64,000 bases of DNA from Auanema rhodensis (GCA_964057225.1 OZ059894.1:14694001-14758000); one strand, 5' to 3'; positions 1 to 13,560 are shown, counted from the first letter of the stretch. The notes: generated by a model from the letters alone, not told the origin. Numbers and translations: made by a program.

Positions 1-30
1 ATATGTTCATTGTTCAAATTTTATATTTAG

Positions 31-1509
31 CTTCAAGCAACACTTCAACGAGATTCTCCAGAACCTGAAGGAAACGAAAAAGATGATGTAGACGTGATGT
101 TGGATGAATTGGTACGAACTTGTTCAAATATTTTCAGACAATTGAATTTAAAAAATTAAGTCTATAATAGTTATTATGCGTTTTACAGGAGAAGAATTTG
201 GATACAGCTGTAATCGGTGGACGTCATTCAGATTTGACACAAGTTCCTGAATTAGCTGATTATATCAAATACATGAAGTAAATTGTTTTTACTAGTTTAT
301 TGATATAATTAATGAAATTTTAGACCTAAGAAGTTGGCTGCATTCAAAGGATTTAAGAGAGCTTTCTTCACCTTCCGTGATTTGTATTTGAGTTATCATC
401 AAAGTTCTAGTGACATGAACTCTCCACCTCTTGGCCATTTTTCATTGAAAGGTAACAAAATCTTAAAGAAGAGAGATTTAATATTCTTAATAGGTTGCGA
501 AGTCACTCCTGATGTTTCTGTATCTCAAGGCAAATATCATATCAAGTTACTTGTTCCAACCGCCGAAGGCATGACTGATTTTGTTCTCAAATGCGATACG
601 GTATGTCATTGAAATCGAACAACAAATGTAATATTATATTTTTTCTAGGAATATCAATATGCTAGATGGATGGCTGCCTGTCGTTTGGCTTCTCGTGGAA
701 AATCTATGGCTGATGCTTCTTACCAACAAGAAGTTGATAACATTAAGAGTCTTCTTCTTATGCAAGTAGTAAACGGACGTGAAAACAATGGTGCCAAGAA
801 AGCTCAAGCAGTTAAATTGCCTTCTGACTTCAATGTTGACGAATATGTTTCATCTCGATATGTCAAACGTGCCCGAAGCAAGCAATCGGTATGTCAAGAG
901 TCACAAATATTTCACTAAAACAATTGTTTTACAGCTACAACAAAGAATTTCTGATGCTCATAGTAATGTGCGACAACTAACATCGACGGATGCTAAGCTC
1001 CAATACATCAGGTATTAAACTTGTTTATGTGAACTTGAATTCATTGATATATAACAGAGCCTGGCAAGCGCTTCCGGAGCATGGATTACACTACTTTATT
1101 GTCCGTTTCCGAAACGGAAAGAAGAATGAACTTATTGGTATGTGTTAAGTTAATCTGATTAGGTTTCAACCAATAATATTTTAGGAGTAGCAACAAACCG
1201 TTTGGTTAAAATGAACATTGATAATGGAGAAAGTCTCAAAACATGGCGATTCACAAACATGAAGAAATGGCATGTTAACTGGGAGATTCGGCATTTGAAA
1301 GTTCAGTTCGAAGACGAAGATATCGAGTTCAAGCCTCTGTCAGCTGATTGCAAAGTATGTTTATCAAGTAATAATCAAAATAAAAAAAATATTTTGAGAT
1401 TGCTCACGAATTCATTGGAGGATATATATTCTTGTCGATGCGAAGCAAAGAACAGAATCAAACAATGAATGAAGAAATGTTCCATAAACTGACAGGAGGA
1501 TGGGCTTAA
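31..1509 (+). CDS. unc-112: Kindlin/fermitin (FERM + PH domain), 3' part; gene begins before the window
   Basis: Spliced exons read [24 protein letters not shown] / [16 protein letters not shown] / [30 protein letters not shown] / [19 protein letters not shown] / [17 protein letters not shown] / [39 protein letters not shown] / [25 protein letters not shown]. This is near-identical to C. elegans UNC-112 as I recall it. Stop TAA at 1507-1509; AATAAA near 1766. Confidence 0.97.
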
Positions 1510-2714
1510 ATCGAGAAATGATAGAAGATTGGAAATATGCACCCTGTTTTACAAGCTCAAAACTTCAATTGCTATATCAATTATTTAAGTATTTTATTAT
1601 TACAGAAGCAGCATGTTGAACTACGTTCTTTAAGAGTTAATAAATGCAGATGTCATGTCTACTTATGATGATTTCAGTTTTGTATTTAATTTTTTTCATA
1701 TAATTGTCATCATAATGTCTGACTCAATCCATAATCGCGTGCCTTGTGCCACAAAAGAAAGGTTTAATAAACATTGAATATTTATTTGAAAATAACAACA
1801 GAACAATATTGAGAAAACATACAACACATTGAAATATAATTGTCTACTTATTTAAATTTAAAGTTGGACAAGTGTCGGTAGTATTATAACTCTTCGAACT
1901 CACCGAAACATGTAAAAACTTTTTAAAACATACAGAATTATTGTTTTCAAACTGAGTACTTCAGATTCGTGGTTTCATACACTAACCATAAAGCTAAACA
2001 TAGTGTATGATTCAGTTCTTTATACTCTAGCGAAGGTTCGTTTTGCCTGGGAACCTGAACCCATTTGGCATACTGTAGTACAAGATTTACAAAAATTAAA
2101 TTATTCTTTATAAGTTTTAATATTTTTCACTTTAAATATTTTATATTTTTGGCTGATTCCACAACGCGTCTCTGAAACTAATAGATACAAAATAAATAAA
2201 GTTTTCTTTTTTAATGAAATTGTTCACTTTCCGATATATACAATGATTTAGAAAATAGAATGTCTGTGATATAGAGGAATACAAAATGTTATCAAGTTAC
2301 TGTTGTTTATTCCATATTTATTCCATAGTTTTTAGATATTTGTTTATTATTTTTAAATATATCTCATGTTCATTGCCCTCAGTGCAATTGCTCTTGAATT
2401 TTTTAATACAATGATGATTATGGCATTTAGCTTGTCAATTCAAACTACTGACTTTGAAAAGCTGATTAATAGTAACTTGTTTTCGGAAATACATCTTTAA
2501 GCATACTTTTACATCAGGTTATATCAATCGTTTCAGAAATTTTTGAAGAAATGAATTATTTCAAACTTGGTCGTATTCTTGCGAATACGTACTTTTGCAA
2601 TAAAACAGCATTTGAATTTTATCTGTAATCTTAGATATGTTTTATTTTTAAATTATTCATTTATGGATATGAGCATATTGAAACATTAAAAAAATTATTA
2701 TTATAGGAATAGAA

Positions 2715-5700
2715 ATGAAAGATTTCACTACTAATGACCTAGACTTAGTCTTTGACAAGCAGAATTTCGAGTGCCCCGCCTTAGTGCGAGAAAGATTATT
2801 TCAAGGTGTGTCAGCTTAATAAGATTCTTATATGCTATATTTTTTAAGTAGAAAAGGATGAACTATTTTCTGAAGTATGGTCCACCAACGATGGGTACAG
2901 TTGGTTTGTTAATCGGCATGATTTGTACGTTTGGAAGCAGGTAATTGCCTAATATGTGAGCGTTCATAAAATATTATTTCAGGGGACTAAACCGAATATG
3001 ATTCAATTTCAACTCCCAACCACAGGGCTTCCATATTCCGCTAATTCTGTTGTTGTTTATAAAATTGGTAATTTTATAATGTATTCTTATTTTAATATCT
3101 TGTAATTAAGGTAAATATGCTGGTGTTTTCGCTGTTTCTGGAGAAGGCTGTGCCCGGCATTGGTCATCCCTATCATCTGCTCAATATATTGAGACAACTC
3201 TCGATTTATCGAAAGAAGTAGTTTTATCTGTTCAATTATTAGAACACCCTTCAGCCGGCATGTTTCGCCTTTTTTTTATGTGTTCATTCCAGTTTTTTAG
3301 TTTCAACATCTAGTGTGCTTTTTCTACTTTCAACAACTTCTGGCTCTGTTTGGTGCTTGAGAACAGATCGACACCAAGGCACTATAACTTCAGTCAAAGT
3401 GAGTTTAATTGAAAGGAAAACAAGTTATTTATATATTTCGCAGATCGGAGGTAGAGATGATAAAGGTATTGGTCGTAGATTATCTTCCATGCTTTTTGGT
3501 TCTTCCAAAACATCATCAGAAGCGTAAGTTTAGAGATTTCTTCTGTTTGTATTTTGTATGTATTTATTTAGTTCACGTGTTATCAAATGTTTGTTATTCT
3601 GGAGAGAAAGTGAAGAAATTGAAGAAGACAATGATGCCAACTATGATCCTGTTGCTATAACACTCTCCTCATTGTCCATGCAAGCTTTTGATATCAAAAG
3701 CAAAGCTCCTCTATGGTCCTTTTCGAACGTTGCATTAATGGATAGAATCGAATATACCCTTCAAGTGATTCATATTTTTTGGATAATCTTATTTTCAATT
3801 TCCTTCAGAGAGTTTCACACACTGAAATATGCGATGTCAAAGTTTGGCTATTGGATACAGTTAGTTTCAGAGAAGGATTTTTAACTCTGGTCGCTGCAAC
3901 ACATTCATCTGCTAATAATGTAACGTTCTTCTTAGGTAGAATATAAATGTGTTTTTTCTTGTGTAAATTTTATTTCCAGCTCATCTCACAGGAGGAGACT
4001 ATGGAGCTCCAATCCTGGGCTGGTCTTCTCATATTCCTATAAGCTCCACTTGTTCTGATGTTTTCGATGTTAGGTTATTTTGAAGTTTCAAATTTTATGG
4101 TATATTCTCTAGGTTATGGATGAATCATCGTTTGTTGGCCGTATCAAACTCAGTGTACCCCAAGAAACAGCAACTTCTCAAACTTGTGAAAGAACCGATG
4201 GTGTTCTTATAATTTATTCTGGATATGGTATGAAATATTGTTTTCTGGGTTCTATAAGATTGTGTTGTTCAGTTCAATCGGTGTATATTCCTGACAACCT
4301 AAAGCAAATCAATGAGCTTCCTTTGAACAAAATGTTAGTATCAACGGACAAAATGATTGGTCAAGGTAAGACAGCTTTTTTCTTTTTTTTCACTTATTGT
4401 TTCGCTTTTTTTAGCCCAAGATGAGCGATATTGTTATGTCATGATGAGCAACGGAGTTGTTTCTTCTTTAAGACTTCTACCGAAGTATTTTTGTATCGTT
4501 CTTTCATCTATATGAAAATTTTGTTTTAGAGGATTTGAGGAAAACGGATTGCATGATGTTTCATTCAGTGAAGTTATCCCTGATATTGTTCCAGACAATG
4601 CAAGAATGGAAGCTTTCCATTCTGCATACACTTATTTTTCTAAAAAAGATATTGTAAGATTCATTCATATTTTTGAAACACTAATCGGAAACATTCAGGC
4701 TAAGGCAAGTGCAGTTATGAAACCTCTTCTCTCCTTAACTAACAATGAGCTGGCCACTTTAGCCGGTCAATATCTTATCAACTTAATTGATCAAACAGGT
4801 TTGTAAATGATTCCATGGGATATCTTTAATTTTTATTTAGAACCAAACAGTTTGATCGAGAATGAACTTAGAAAAAAGAAGCGACAATGCCAAGGAGTTA
4901 TTCTTTTCTTACGTCAAATGGATGTTTTTGAAAATGTAAACAGGAAAAATTTTAAGTTTATATACTGTATGTTGTTTAGATCAGAACTGCAAGAATTACC
5001 ATTAATGGAAATGTTACTCGATCAGGAGCTGCTCATTTAGCACAAGTGAATTCACCTCCAATTTCCTTTTGTATTTGATTTTTTTTAGATTTATGAACAA
5101 GTTCATGTAGCTATTGCTATTAGAGAATGGCAAACGTTGTTAGAGGATAATGCTTTTGCTTTAAGTATGATTAATGATAATGTTTGTCGAATGTTGGGTC
5201 TTCAAGGAGATTCAGAAACCATTCTTCTAGGAAGGGTACAGCAATTCATATTATTTTATTTTAAATACCTTATTTCAGTTATCGAATCTAACTCTCTTAC
5301 CTCGCGCTACCGTTAAAGCTGTAGATGATATCACAGTTAAGTCATATGGTGATCGTATTTTGGTTTTGCAAATTTCTGCTGATCTGTTTCTCACAATTTC
5401 AACTGCTATTGGAAATTGTAGACGGTAAAGCAAGATCTGAAAAAGTTTAAACAATCAAACGTTTAGATCTACTGCCAGTGTTCCATTGAACCCCGGGGAG
5501 GAAATGTGGACTGGTGGAAGTTTTGCTGATGCCTTTGATTCACTGGTAAATTTATTATTAATATTTTAATATTTTATTTCTTGTTAGGCAATCACTTTGC
5601 TGAATGAGTTGACAAACCAAGAATTAGGACGCACTGAAGCTCTTCGATTAAGAGACTATGCTGTCAAGTAAAATAGCTGATCTTGTTTATGATTCAATTT

Positions 5701-7090
5701 TTTAATTGTTTAGACTAACAATGTTCAATCTTGGTGAGCGAATGGGAAAGATTGAAGGACATCCTACTCTGGTAGCTCTTTATGAATTGGGAGAAGAAAG
5801 AATAGCTCTCGATCTTGCAGAAAGATTCAAGGTGTTTATTTGTAACCAAAAATATAATTCAGTGTTTTGAATTTATAGGATTTCAAAGTATTGTGCAGAA
5901 TTTCTTTGGAGTATGAGAAAAGTGTTCGTCATGAACGTTTAGAAGCTTACAAACAACGTTTTGCTGATGATGATTTCGATATTTATCTTTGTCAATACCT
6001 GAAACATAAAAGTAAGCAAGTTGAATCTATATAATCTTCTTTAATGCTGTTTCAGATTTGAATGAGGAACTACTTGAGCAAAGAGGTGAACGTGTTGATG
6101 GATTTTTATCGTCTTTAGATTCCATGAGATGGCGTAGAGAACTTCAGAATGAACATTTTGAAAAGGTAAAACATTTATTTTGTGCTTTTATGTATAATAA
6201 GTACAGGCCGGTAATTCCCTTGTTAGTCTTGCTGATAGAGAAGAAACTGATATTTGGAAACAGAAGGTAAGTCATACCTACGTTTATCACTGAATTTTAT
6301 ATTTTAGGCTTTATACTCATTAGCAAAACTTGCTGCTCTTTGTGCTGACACCGAAGATCGGACGGTAGTGTCGGATTGCAATGTGAAACTTGGATTAATT
6401 AAACATCAAGAGAACATACCAATGAGAATTAAGCAGGTTGTTTTTGTAAAACTCTTGCAATGGTTTATTTGAATGTTTAGATGATTTATTCGGATAATCC
6501 AAACCAGCCTTTGAATACCTATGAGGTTATAGAACTTTATAAGTTAGCTTTAGATGATGAATTTGTTGAGCCAGAACAATTCGCTGGGTAAAATTATATG
6601 TTTCACTTTCTTGCACAATTACATTTTTCAGCGCTCTACAATTACTAGGAACTCTCAGAGCTGTTGAAGATTGTGCAAAATACCAGAAAAATATTGCGGA
6701 AATATGGAAGAAGATATTATTGCAAGAATCCTGGGATGAGGTTGAACCCATTACTGGCTATGTTACTTTTTTGCTCTTTCAGATTCAAGCAAGAGATTTG
6801 GGAAATACTTTGTTTGCTCATATTCTAGCACACATCCAAGACAATGGTGAATTGGCATAAATATCTTTTCTTGTTCAAATTACGATTTTAGATTGGCCAA
6901 AGGAAATAAAAAATGCCGCTATGCCCGATATAAACCAATTGCTCAAAGATACTAGTTCGGTGAGAAGTCCGGATTTGAGCACTATGTACTTTCATATGTA
7001 TTTCAGATTCAAAAGAAACATTCAACACTCTCCTCTTGGATCAGGAGAACTCACGAAAAATGTGCTCAAGCTATTCAACTAAATGCATAA
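2715..7090 (+). CDS. npp-15: Nucleoporin Nup133 homologue, about 30 short exons
   Basis: N-terminus MKDFTTNDLDLVFDKQNFECPALVRERLFQ..DGYSWFVNRHDLYVW, then FQLPTTGLPYSA, AVSGEGCARHW, ALDLAERFKDFKVLCRI, FLSSLDSMRWRRELQNEHFEKA, LYSLAKLAALC. These match Nup133 N-terminal propeller and C-terminal helical motifs. ATG 2715 and TAA 7088-7090 were derived by manual splicing; not every junction was checked. Confidence 0.85.
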
Positions 7091-7312
7091 GTAATCTTAT
7101 GTCTGATACTTTGTGATCTCTTGAAGTTATGCTGGTATATGAGGTGCACTTCTGAATGCTTCAGTACTTCTATTGTTTCTTATAAAAATCAGTGTAGCTA
7201 CAAAAATATTGAGAATTAATTTTTTATATAAATTATATTATACCCAGAACCACATGACAAGTATTCAGTAAAACCCTTTCAAATATATAAAACATCTATT
7301 AGTATGACTATC

Positions 7313-9223
7313 TTAAGGATTATACCAATCCAGGAAAAGTAGAGTAAATGTAATAACTATAATACAGAAGAGAACAACCACACGACGTCCAGCTGAATTA
7401 CTAATGGCCTGAAAATAGATCCGTTTTTTTTCTGGAAAAATTTTGATGAAATCCTACCTGTCTAATCCATTCGTTTCCATCTTTTAGATTTTCCGTTGTA
7501 TGAATAGCTGTTTCGTTGATGATTTCAATATCCTTTTCTTGATCCAAGATCTGAAGGATCAATTATAAAAAGAGCGATAAGCATTTCTTGTACCTTTTCA
7601 GATAAAATGTCTTGGAGATTTTGAATTTCGGCTAACTGAGTTTCCAAACTATTGATTTCCATATTAACATGGGAGAATTTGTCATACATCTTTTCACATT
7701 CAATACTAAGCTGAGCCTTTTCTTCCGGTTGCAGATTCTCCTCAACTTCAGAAAATGGATCTGGAATTGTAACCTCCGTTTGGGTGAATTATTGTTTTGC
7801 AGCAAAATACAAACAAATAATTAAATAGAACAACGTTTTGAAAGAAAATTTGAGGCCATCTTTTACAAGAATCATGGAATAAGATAAAAAAAAAGATTAA
7901 ACAAACCTTTGTTTTCGACATCATTGTTCAACAATTGTGAATAAGACAACTCAGATTTGCTTGGCTTCTTCTCATAACTATTATCATATGCCTCGTCCCG
8001 AGGAAATGTTTTTGATGGTAGATTCAAGCTTTGTCTTGCTGAAACAAAACCAGCATTATCCTCATGACGTGTACCTAAAGTAGGAAGACATGCAATTTTG
8101 AAAAATATTTCCAAGATACCATTGCGTTTTCTAATCCCAGTATTTAATTCATTCATCAATGAGTCTGCAGGTTTTTCAGATATTCCTTTCACTAAACTTG
8201 ATAAACGCATATTAGAAAGACGCGCAGCTTGACCTTTTACACGTAAAACTCTATAATTTAGGTTTTAACTTATGTCTCATCTGTGTAATTGAAAAACCTC
8301 ATTCTTGTAACAACTTTAGCTATTTTCTTTAGTTCAAAATTCAAAAATTCGCGAACATAACTAAGATGTTCTTTCTGCTCATTCGATAAAAGCCCATCGG
8401 CTTTAACTCGTCCATTTAGATTTTGAATGGTGGTTTCCAGTTGTCTAAGAGTCTGAAAAATTAAGAAAATAAGGCCAATTGAATCATGTATTCAACCTTC
8501 TCGCTTTCTTGATCGAATCTATCTCTATCCTCATTTGACATCGAATTAATGAGCGAATTATAAGCAAGATAATCCCGTCTAAAATTCTTCGTTATAAGAA
8601 AGGCTTTTTCTTAAAGCAATATATTATTATTATTATTACTATACGGCAAATAGAAAGAGAAGCTTAGTGGAACTAAAAGATATAGATCATAGCTTGGACG
8701 AAGACCACACCAAGCTGCCTACTCCTACTCCTCCTTCTTTTTCTTCTTTTCGTGCACAAATCATCATTAAATAAGCATAAGCCAGAAGCTAATAAGAGAA
8801 GAAAGCGATAAAGTGTGAAAAGTGGAAGGCACGCAAAAACTTTTTCTTCAAAAAAAAATCGACTTAATGCTTAATATAGGCCTTACAACGGCCGTTGTTT
8901 TTAGCCACCACCCCCACGTTCTCAGGAAAGGAAAAACCAAGAAGAGCATTATAAGTAAACGAGCTGACCTTTGCGTCCAAAGGAGATGAGAAAATTCATG
9001 AATGCCTTTGGAAATGGCCTGGGCTATGCTCACCAGATTCTTATAAGCCGACATTGACGGCGTAGGCACAGGAACTTCTAGAAGCGAAATGAGTAATGTT
9101 CATGTCTTTCTCATAGCAACTATTACCATGCGGATGATCCTCAATTGGACTAGTACTCTTCTTCTGTCGTTGGCATAATGTTTTGGTTTTAGCTTTGAAA
9201 TATGGTGTCTGATCGACTGGCAT
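7313..9223 (-). CDS. syx-18: Syntaxin-18 (ER Qa-SNARE)
   Basis: N-peptide MPVDQTPYFKAKTKTLCQRQKK (cf. STX18 MAVDIT.LF.ASVKTVK); HLLWTQRRDYLAYNSLINSMSNEDRDRFDQE; SNARE motif ETQLAEIQNLQDILSEKILDQEKDIEIINE; tail AISNSAGRRVVVLFCIIVITFTLLFLDWYNP* (cf. STX18 LLFLDWY). Multi-exon. Confidence 0.9.
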
Positions 9224-9399
9224 TTTAGCTAAATTCTCCGCTAAGTTTATACTATATATCAACTTATTTATATTTTCTCTAATCAATTAGCTAATCTGTA
9301 ATGAAAATTTCAGAGCTCCTCAGCAGTTCATTAGAAAAATATGTCGGTGTATGGTAAACAGCTACTATAAATCGTTAAGAATATATAAATAGGTTTATT
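9224..9399 (-). promoter_or_regulatory. Probable intercistronic region of a snb-1 to syx-18 operon
   Basis: Minus-strand AATAAA at 9399-9394, downstream of the snb-1 stop. An AATTTAG acceptor-like site lies 5 nt before the syx-18 ATG, about 165 nt further on. Same strand and short spacing, as in nematode SL2 operons. Confidence 0.55.
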
Positions 9400-9877
9400 T
9401 CAGATTATATATAATACTATTCTACAAGTATATAAAAGAAGTTATATTTTACGAAGCGTATAAGACAGAGTGGTGACAAATCCCATCCCATCATAGAAAA
9501 TACACACAATTCTGAAGATTTTAAGAAACAAAAATTTTGAATAATGCTCTCTGTACTATTTGTGTGAAATTAGAAAGATGTTTATGCGGGAAAGGGCTGG
9601 TCATCGTCAGAACCATTGCTACCTAATGTACGAAAGATGAATAAACTTTAATTTGGATAGATGCAAAGTGATTTACAAACACAACCAGGAACGTCGTGGG
9701 ACGCGGGTACAAAACGTGCAAAAGATTTTTCTTAATTTCAAATATTTTCAGTCAAACAGGAAAGGAGTAGAAGATGGAAGCAGATTTCAGCCCTGGATCT
9801 GAATAGTTTCAGTCTTGCTGGCTTAAGACAAGATGGCACAATAAGAGGACGAAATCTGTGTTTGTCTAGGTCCGCAA

Positions 9878-10335
9878 TTACTTTCCTCCGGCCCAGAGAA
9901 CAATAATGATGATGAGGATCACAACGATGGCACACATGATGATCATCATCTTGATGTTCTTCCACCAATATTTACGTTTGAGTGTAGCAGCTGATTTCTC
10001 AAATTGAGAAGCTCCTTCCTGTTAAAAATTTGTAAAATACAGAAATATTTAAAAAAAAGTTATACTTGAAGAGCGTCAGCACGGTCATCGAGTTGTGAAA
10101 GCTTCTGATCACGTTCCAAAACCTTCTCCACATTCACCTAATATATTGCGAAATAAAATAATCAAAAACAATGATAATTCTAACCTTCATGATTCCGACA
10201 ACCTCATCAACCTGAGCTTGAGTCTGTTGAAGTCTTTTGTTAGATGGTCTAGGACCCTGGCTTCCTCCAGCTGCATCACCTTGTCCTAAAAACGAAAATT
10301 AATAAAATATTAAGCAGAATTTATCAACCTTCCAT
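9878..10335 (-). CDS. snb-1: Synaptobrevin (neuronal VAMP, R-SNARE)
   Basis: Exons 10335-10329, 10285-10185, 10137-10066 and 10018-9878 translate to [106 protein letters not shown], essentially C. elegans SNB-1. The ORF track missed it (wrong frame listed). Confidence 0.98.
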
Positions 10336-10353
10336 TTCAAAGTTTGGTTGAAA

Positions 10354-11864
10354 TTAGACTAATTCCCTAAAAAATGCAAAAATTAGACAAATGTAATTAG
10401 TATTAAAAGCGAAAGAAAAGATGAAAAATAATTTGTAAACTGCATGTAATAGTAATCTGTATAATGATGAACATAATGTAAAATTCAAATCGATTCAAAA
10501 GAAATACCAAACGTCACATGTTTTACCATGAGAAAACGACAAAGAGCAATTTGGGATCGTGTCATACAAAACCTGCACAGCTTGGTTTTAACTTTAAATC
10601 CATAATATTATAGACGAACAAAAATCTCGAAATGGAAAACAATTCAAGGAGTAAGTCTAAAGTCAAGAAAAGGATTGAAATTATAGCTGCAAGAGCAGAG
10701 CAAGAATTTATTTTTCAGAGAATAGCCCAATGTGATAGCAGCATGTTGCAGTTTGTGCTCTTCAACATTCTAACAAGAATTGTGACACAATTCGTGGGCT
10801 GAATTTCGTCAAAATACGTTTGAATATAAGATTAAAAGTATTCTGATAGAACAAATGAAGATTCCATATAACTAAGAAAGAAATGAAGAAAAAGAATAAC
10901 ATATCAAACAAACTTTCTTTCTGCCTTCTTTACTATTCAATTAACGAAGAGAAGAGCATGTAAAGAGGTGAAGCAGAGAATACTAGAGTATTTATAACTA
11001 ATATAAATGAAAATTAACCGTAAACAAAATGTATTTCATTCTTATACGGGTTAGCAAGCATGAATTCGTCGGAGGCAACTGCCCTTTAACAACAAAAAAA
11101 CACACGAAAAGAATGCTAAAATAAAGAAACAAGAACCAGTATGAAAGGTACCCCATGTTCGATTCTTTTTCCTTGCCTGAAGCGGTAGTGCCTAGTGTAC
11201 GAGCAGCCTGAAGAATAATCGATGCCTACTCGGTTAGACACCAAAACGAATAGCTACCCTCCCCTTCACATCTCTTTTTCTTTTCTCTCTATCCCACTCT
11301 CTTCTCTTTTTACCAAAACAATATCCAACACTTTCGGCACGAGCTCGGCCAAAATAGGCGGCGGAAGGCAACCAGTACAGCAGGAAAGAACATCAGTAAC
11401 AAAAAATAAAAGAAATGGATAGCCATTACACTGGAAACGGGATGCGTGGAAAATATAGAACAAAGTTTGTTATCAAAATCGCAAAATACGGATTAAAGAA
11501 TTCACGAGAATTATATGACAGACAATCAGAAAATGAAAACAGAACACAGCACAACAGCACCGCAGCCGCGCTTGCACACCGCTCACAACCAATCGATTGA
11601 GAAGAACCTGAAAATTGCCAAGCAGGAGCTTCTGGGACGATGTAACATATGAACTTAACCGAAATACCAGGATATGCTGTCCCAACTAATCGAAAGGGAC
11701 GTGAAAGCAAAAATTATGGAGCGGGGGGAGGGAGAATCAATGCGAAAACGTCAAGCGAAAAGCGCCGGACGCTGGGCCATAACGATCAATAGAGCCTCGA
11801 GGGCGACCCAGTGCGACGGAAACTAACCGCGCACGAAGCCGCGACTTGCACCAAAAATAGCCAT
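10354..11864 (-). other. Candidate spliced 5' leader exons of snb-1 carrying a 62-codon upstream ORF
   Basis: Putative exons 11864-11828, 11685-11660, 11607-11587, 11207-11152, 11083-11048 and 10366-10354, all GT-AG bounded with compatible phases. Splice sites were chosen by eye. Confidence 0.3.
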
Positions 11865-13524
11865 CGATCGTGCAGGTTTATTATTTCCTTGATGTCGTCG
11901 CTTTCGAGCCAAAGAAGTCTGGAGTCAAACCCAAATACGAATATTACAAAAATATGTATTCAACTCACAAGTAAGATAGAGTTTAAAAAGAATTCAGCGC
12001 TTTGAATGCAGGAAGTAAATACAACGATGTGTATTTAAAATTAGAAAATGTTTTTTTCTTTGTAAAACATACGGTTACGAAATATGTGACGCACATTAAA
12101 TGAAGCAGTTGTGAATGAATCATAGCACAAAAAGAGCGGAGATAATGTGAGAAAAAAATATAAACGGAAAATGAACAACATATACGGGCTTCTTCCGTTC
12201 AATTGCGAAAATGAAAGTGTAAAAAATCACTACTTTCAAGAAAGATTCGTTCATTTTTGTTTCATATCCGCGCGCGGCATGACTAACGCGTTGCGGCCAT
12301 AACCCCAAGTGCACTTATTATTCCTAATTCTACAATGAACTGTTCACTTGTCGGTTGAAAAAGGAACACGGCACTGTAAGGGAGTTTTAATGAATTCAAA
12401 ATAAGAATCATTGTCTTGTTCCCGATCAGGTTCGGGGCAAACCGATATGAATCGACGAAAAATAGGACTAGAGAATGACAGCAATACAGGCACCAGCTGA
12501 ATTCGATAACAATTGAAATGATAAATTGACATGAAGAACATTATGCCAGGAAAGATGAATTTGGTCACATCAAAAGTTAGTATGTATATAGAGATAAAAG
12601 TATAAAAAGCGAACACAATGAACATGTTGTATAACAGAATGGGACCTTACAAAAATCTGAAATAAGAAGAAAGTGCTGTCTTTTTCTACAATTTGTCGAT
12701 TGGCAGAAATATCGGCTTTAAGGGTGTCAATAGGACATATGAACGAGTACATACGTTTATTTTTGCACGTTCTTGAGTTGCAATTTTATTAACATAGTTC
12801 CGATATATTTATGTGAATGAGGAAAATCACAACTTCAACATGAAGTAAAACACAAATCTTGTAATACCTATAAGCTATATGTTGTCAGAAAAAAATTAAA
12901 GAAATTGTTGGAAAAGAGGGGAGAAAGCTTCACCAAAGCTGTATCTTATAATGTTTTCAAGAAAGCTGTGCCAAGCAAATTTAAATCCTTGTTACAGAAT
13001 AGCAGTGAAACAGAGCAAAAAAAAAACAAAAAAAATGAGACAACTTAAAAAACAGAAGGACAAAATATAAATTGATTTTAGTAGTAGAAAGAATTTTTCA
13101 TAATGCGCACAGATAACGAAGCGGGCCCTTTTCACTGATATTAGAAAACTAACTATTGAATTCAAAAAGGAAACCAAGTAAAGTATATCCTAATATAAAT
13201 TGATGCTAAAATATACTATTAAATATGTAAGGTACGCGTAATACAAGACTTCAAGAAGAAATGTTAGATATGAATTGCGAATTTAAGATTTGGAAAGAAA
13301 TATTAATGTAATGAGAAAAACGGGCACTCTTCGTCTGAATAATATAAACTTGCCACACCTCTCAAGTAGCAGAACACAACCGAACATGCCCAGCGGTGAA
13401 ACGAAAATAGCTCTTACGTGGCAATTCTCACGTTATTATTTCACACGTGAGGTGACCAATAATGTTAAAATTGCAAAAACTGGCAAACCAATTTCAGACT
13501 CAAGAATTAAAAACAAAAATACTT

Positions 13525-13528
<4 letters not shown>

Positions 13529-13558
<30 letters not shown>
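13529..13558. repeat. (AT)n microsatellite
   Basis: About 15 AT units. Confidence 0.9.

Positions 13559-13560
<2 letters not shown>

Noticed and set aside
9738-9968. His/Cys-rich 76-aa ORF
   Set aside because: Alternative frame of the last snb-1 exon plus its 3' UTR.
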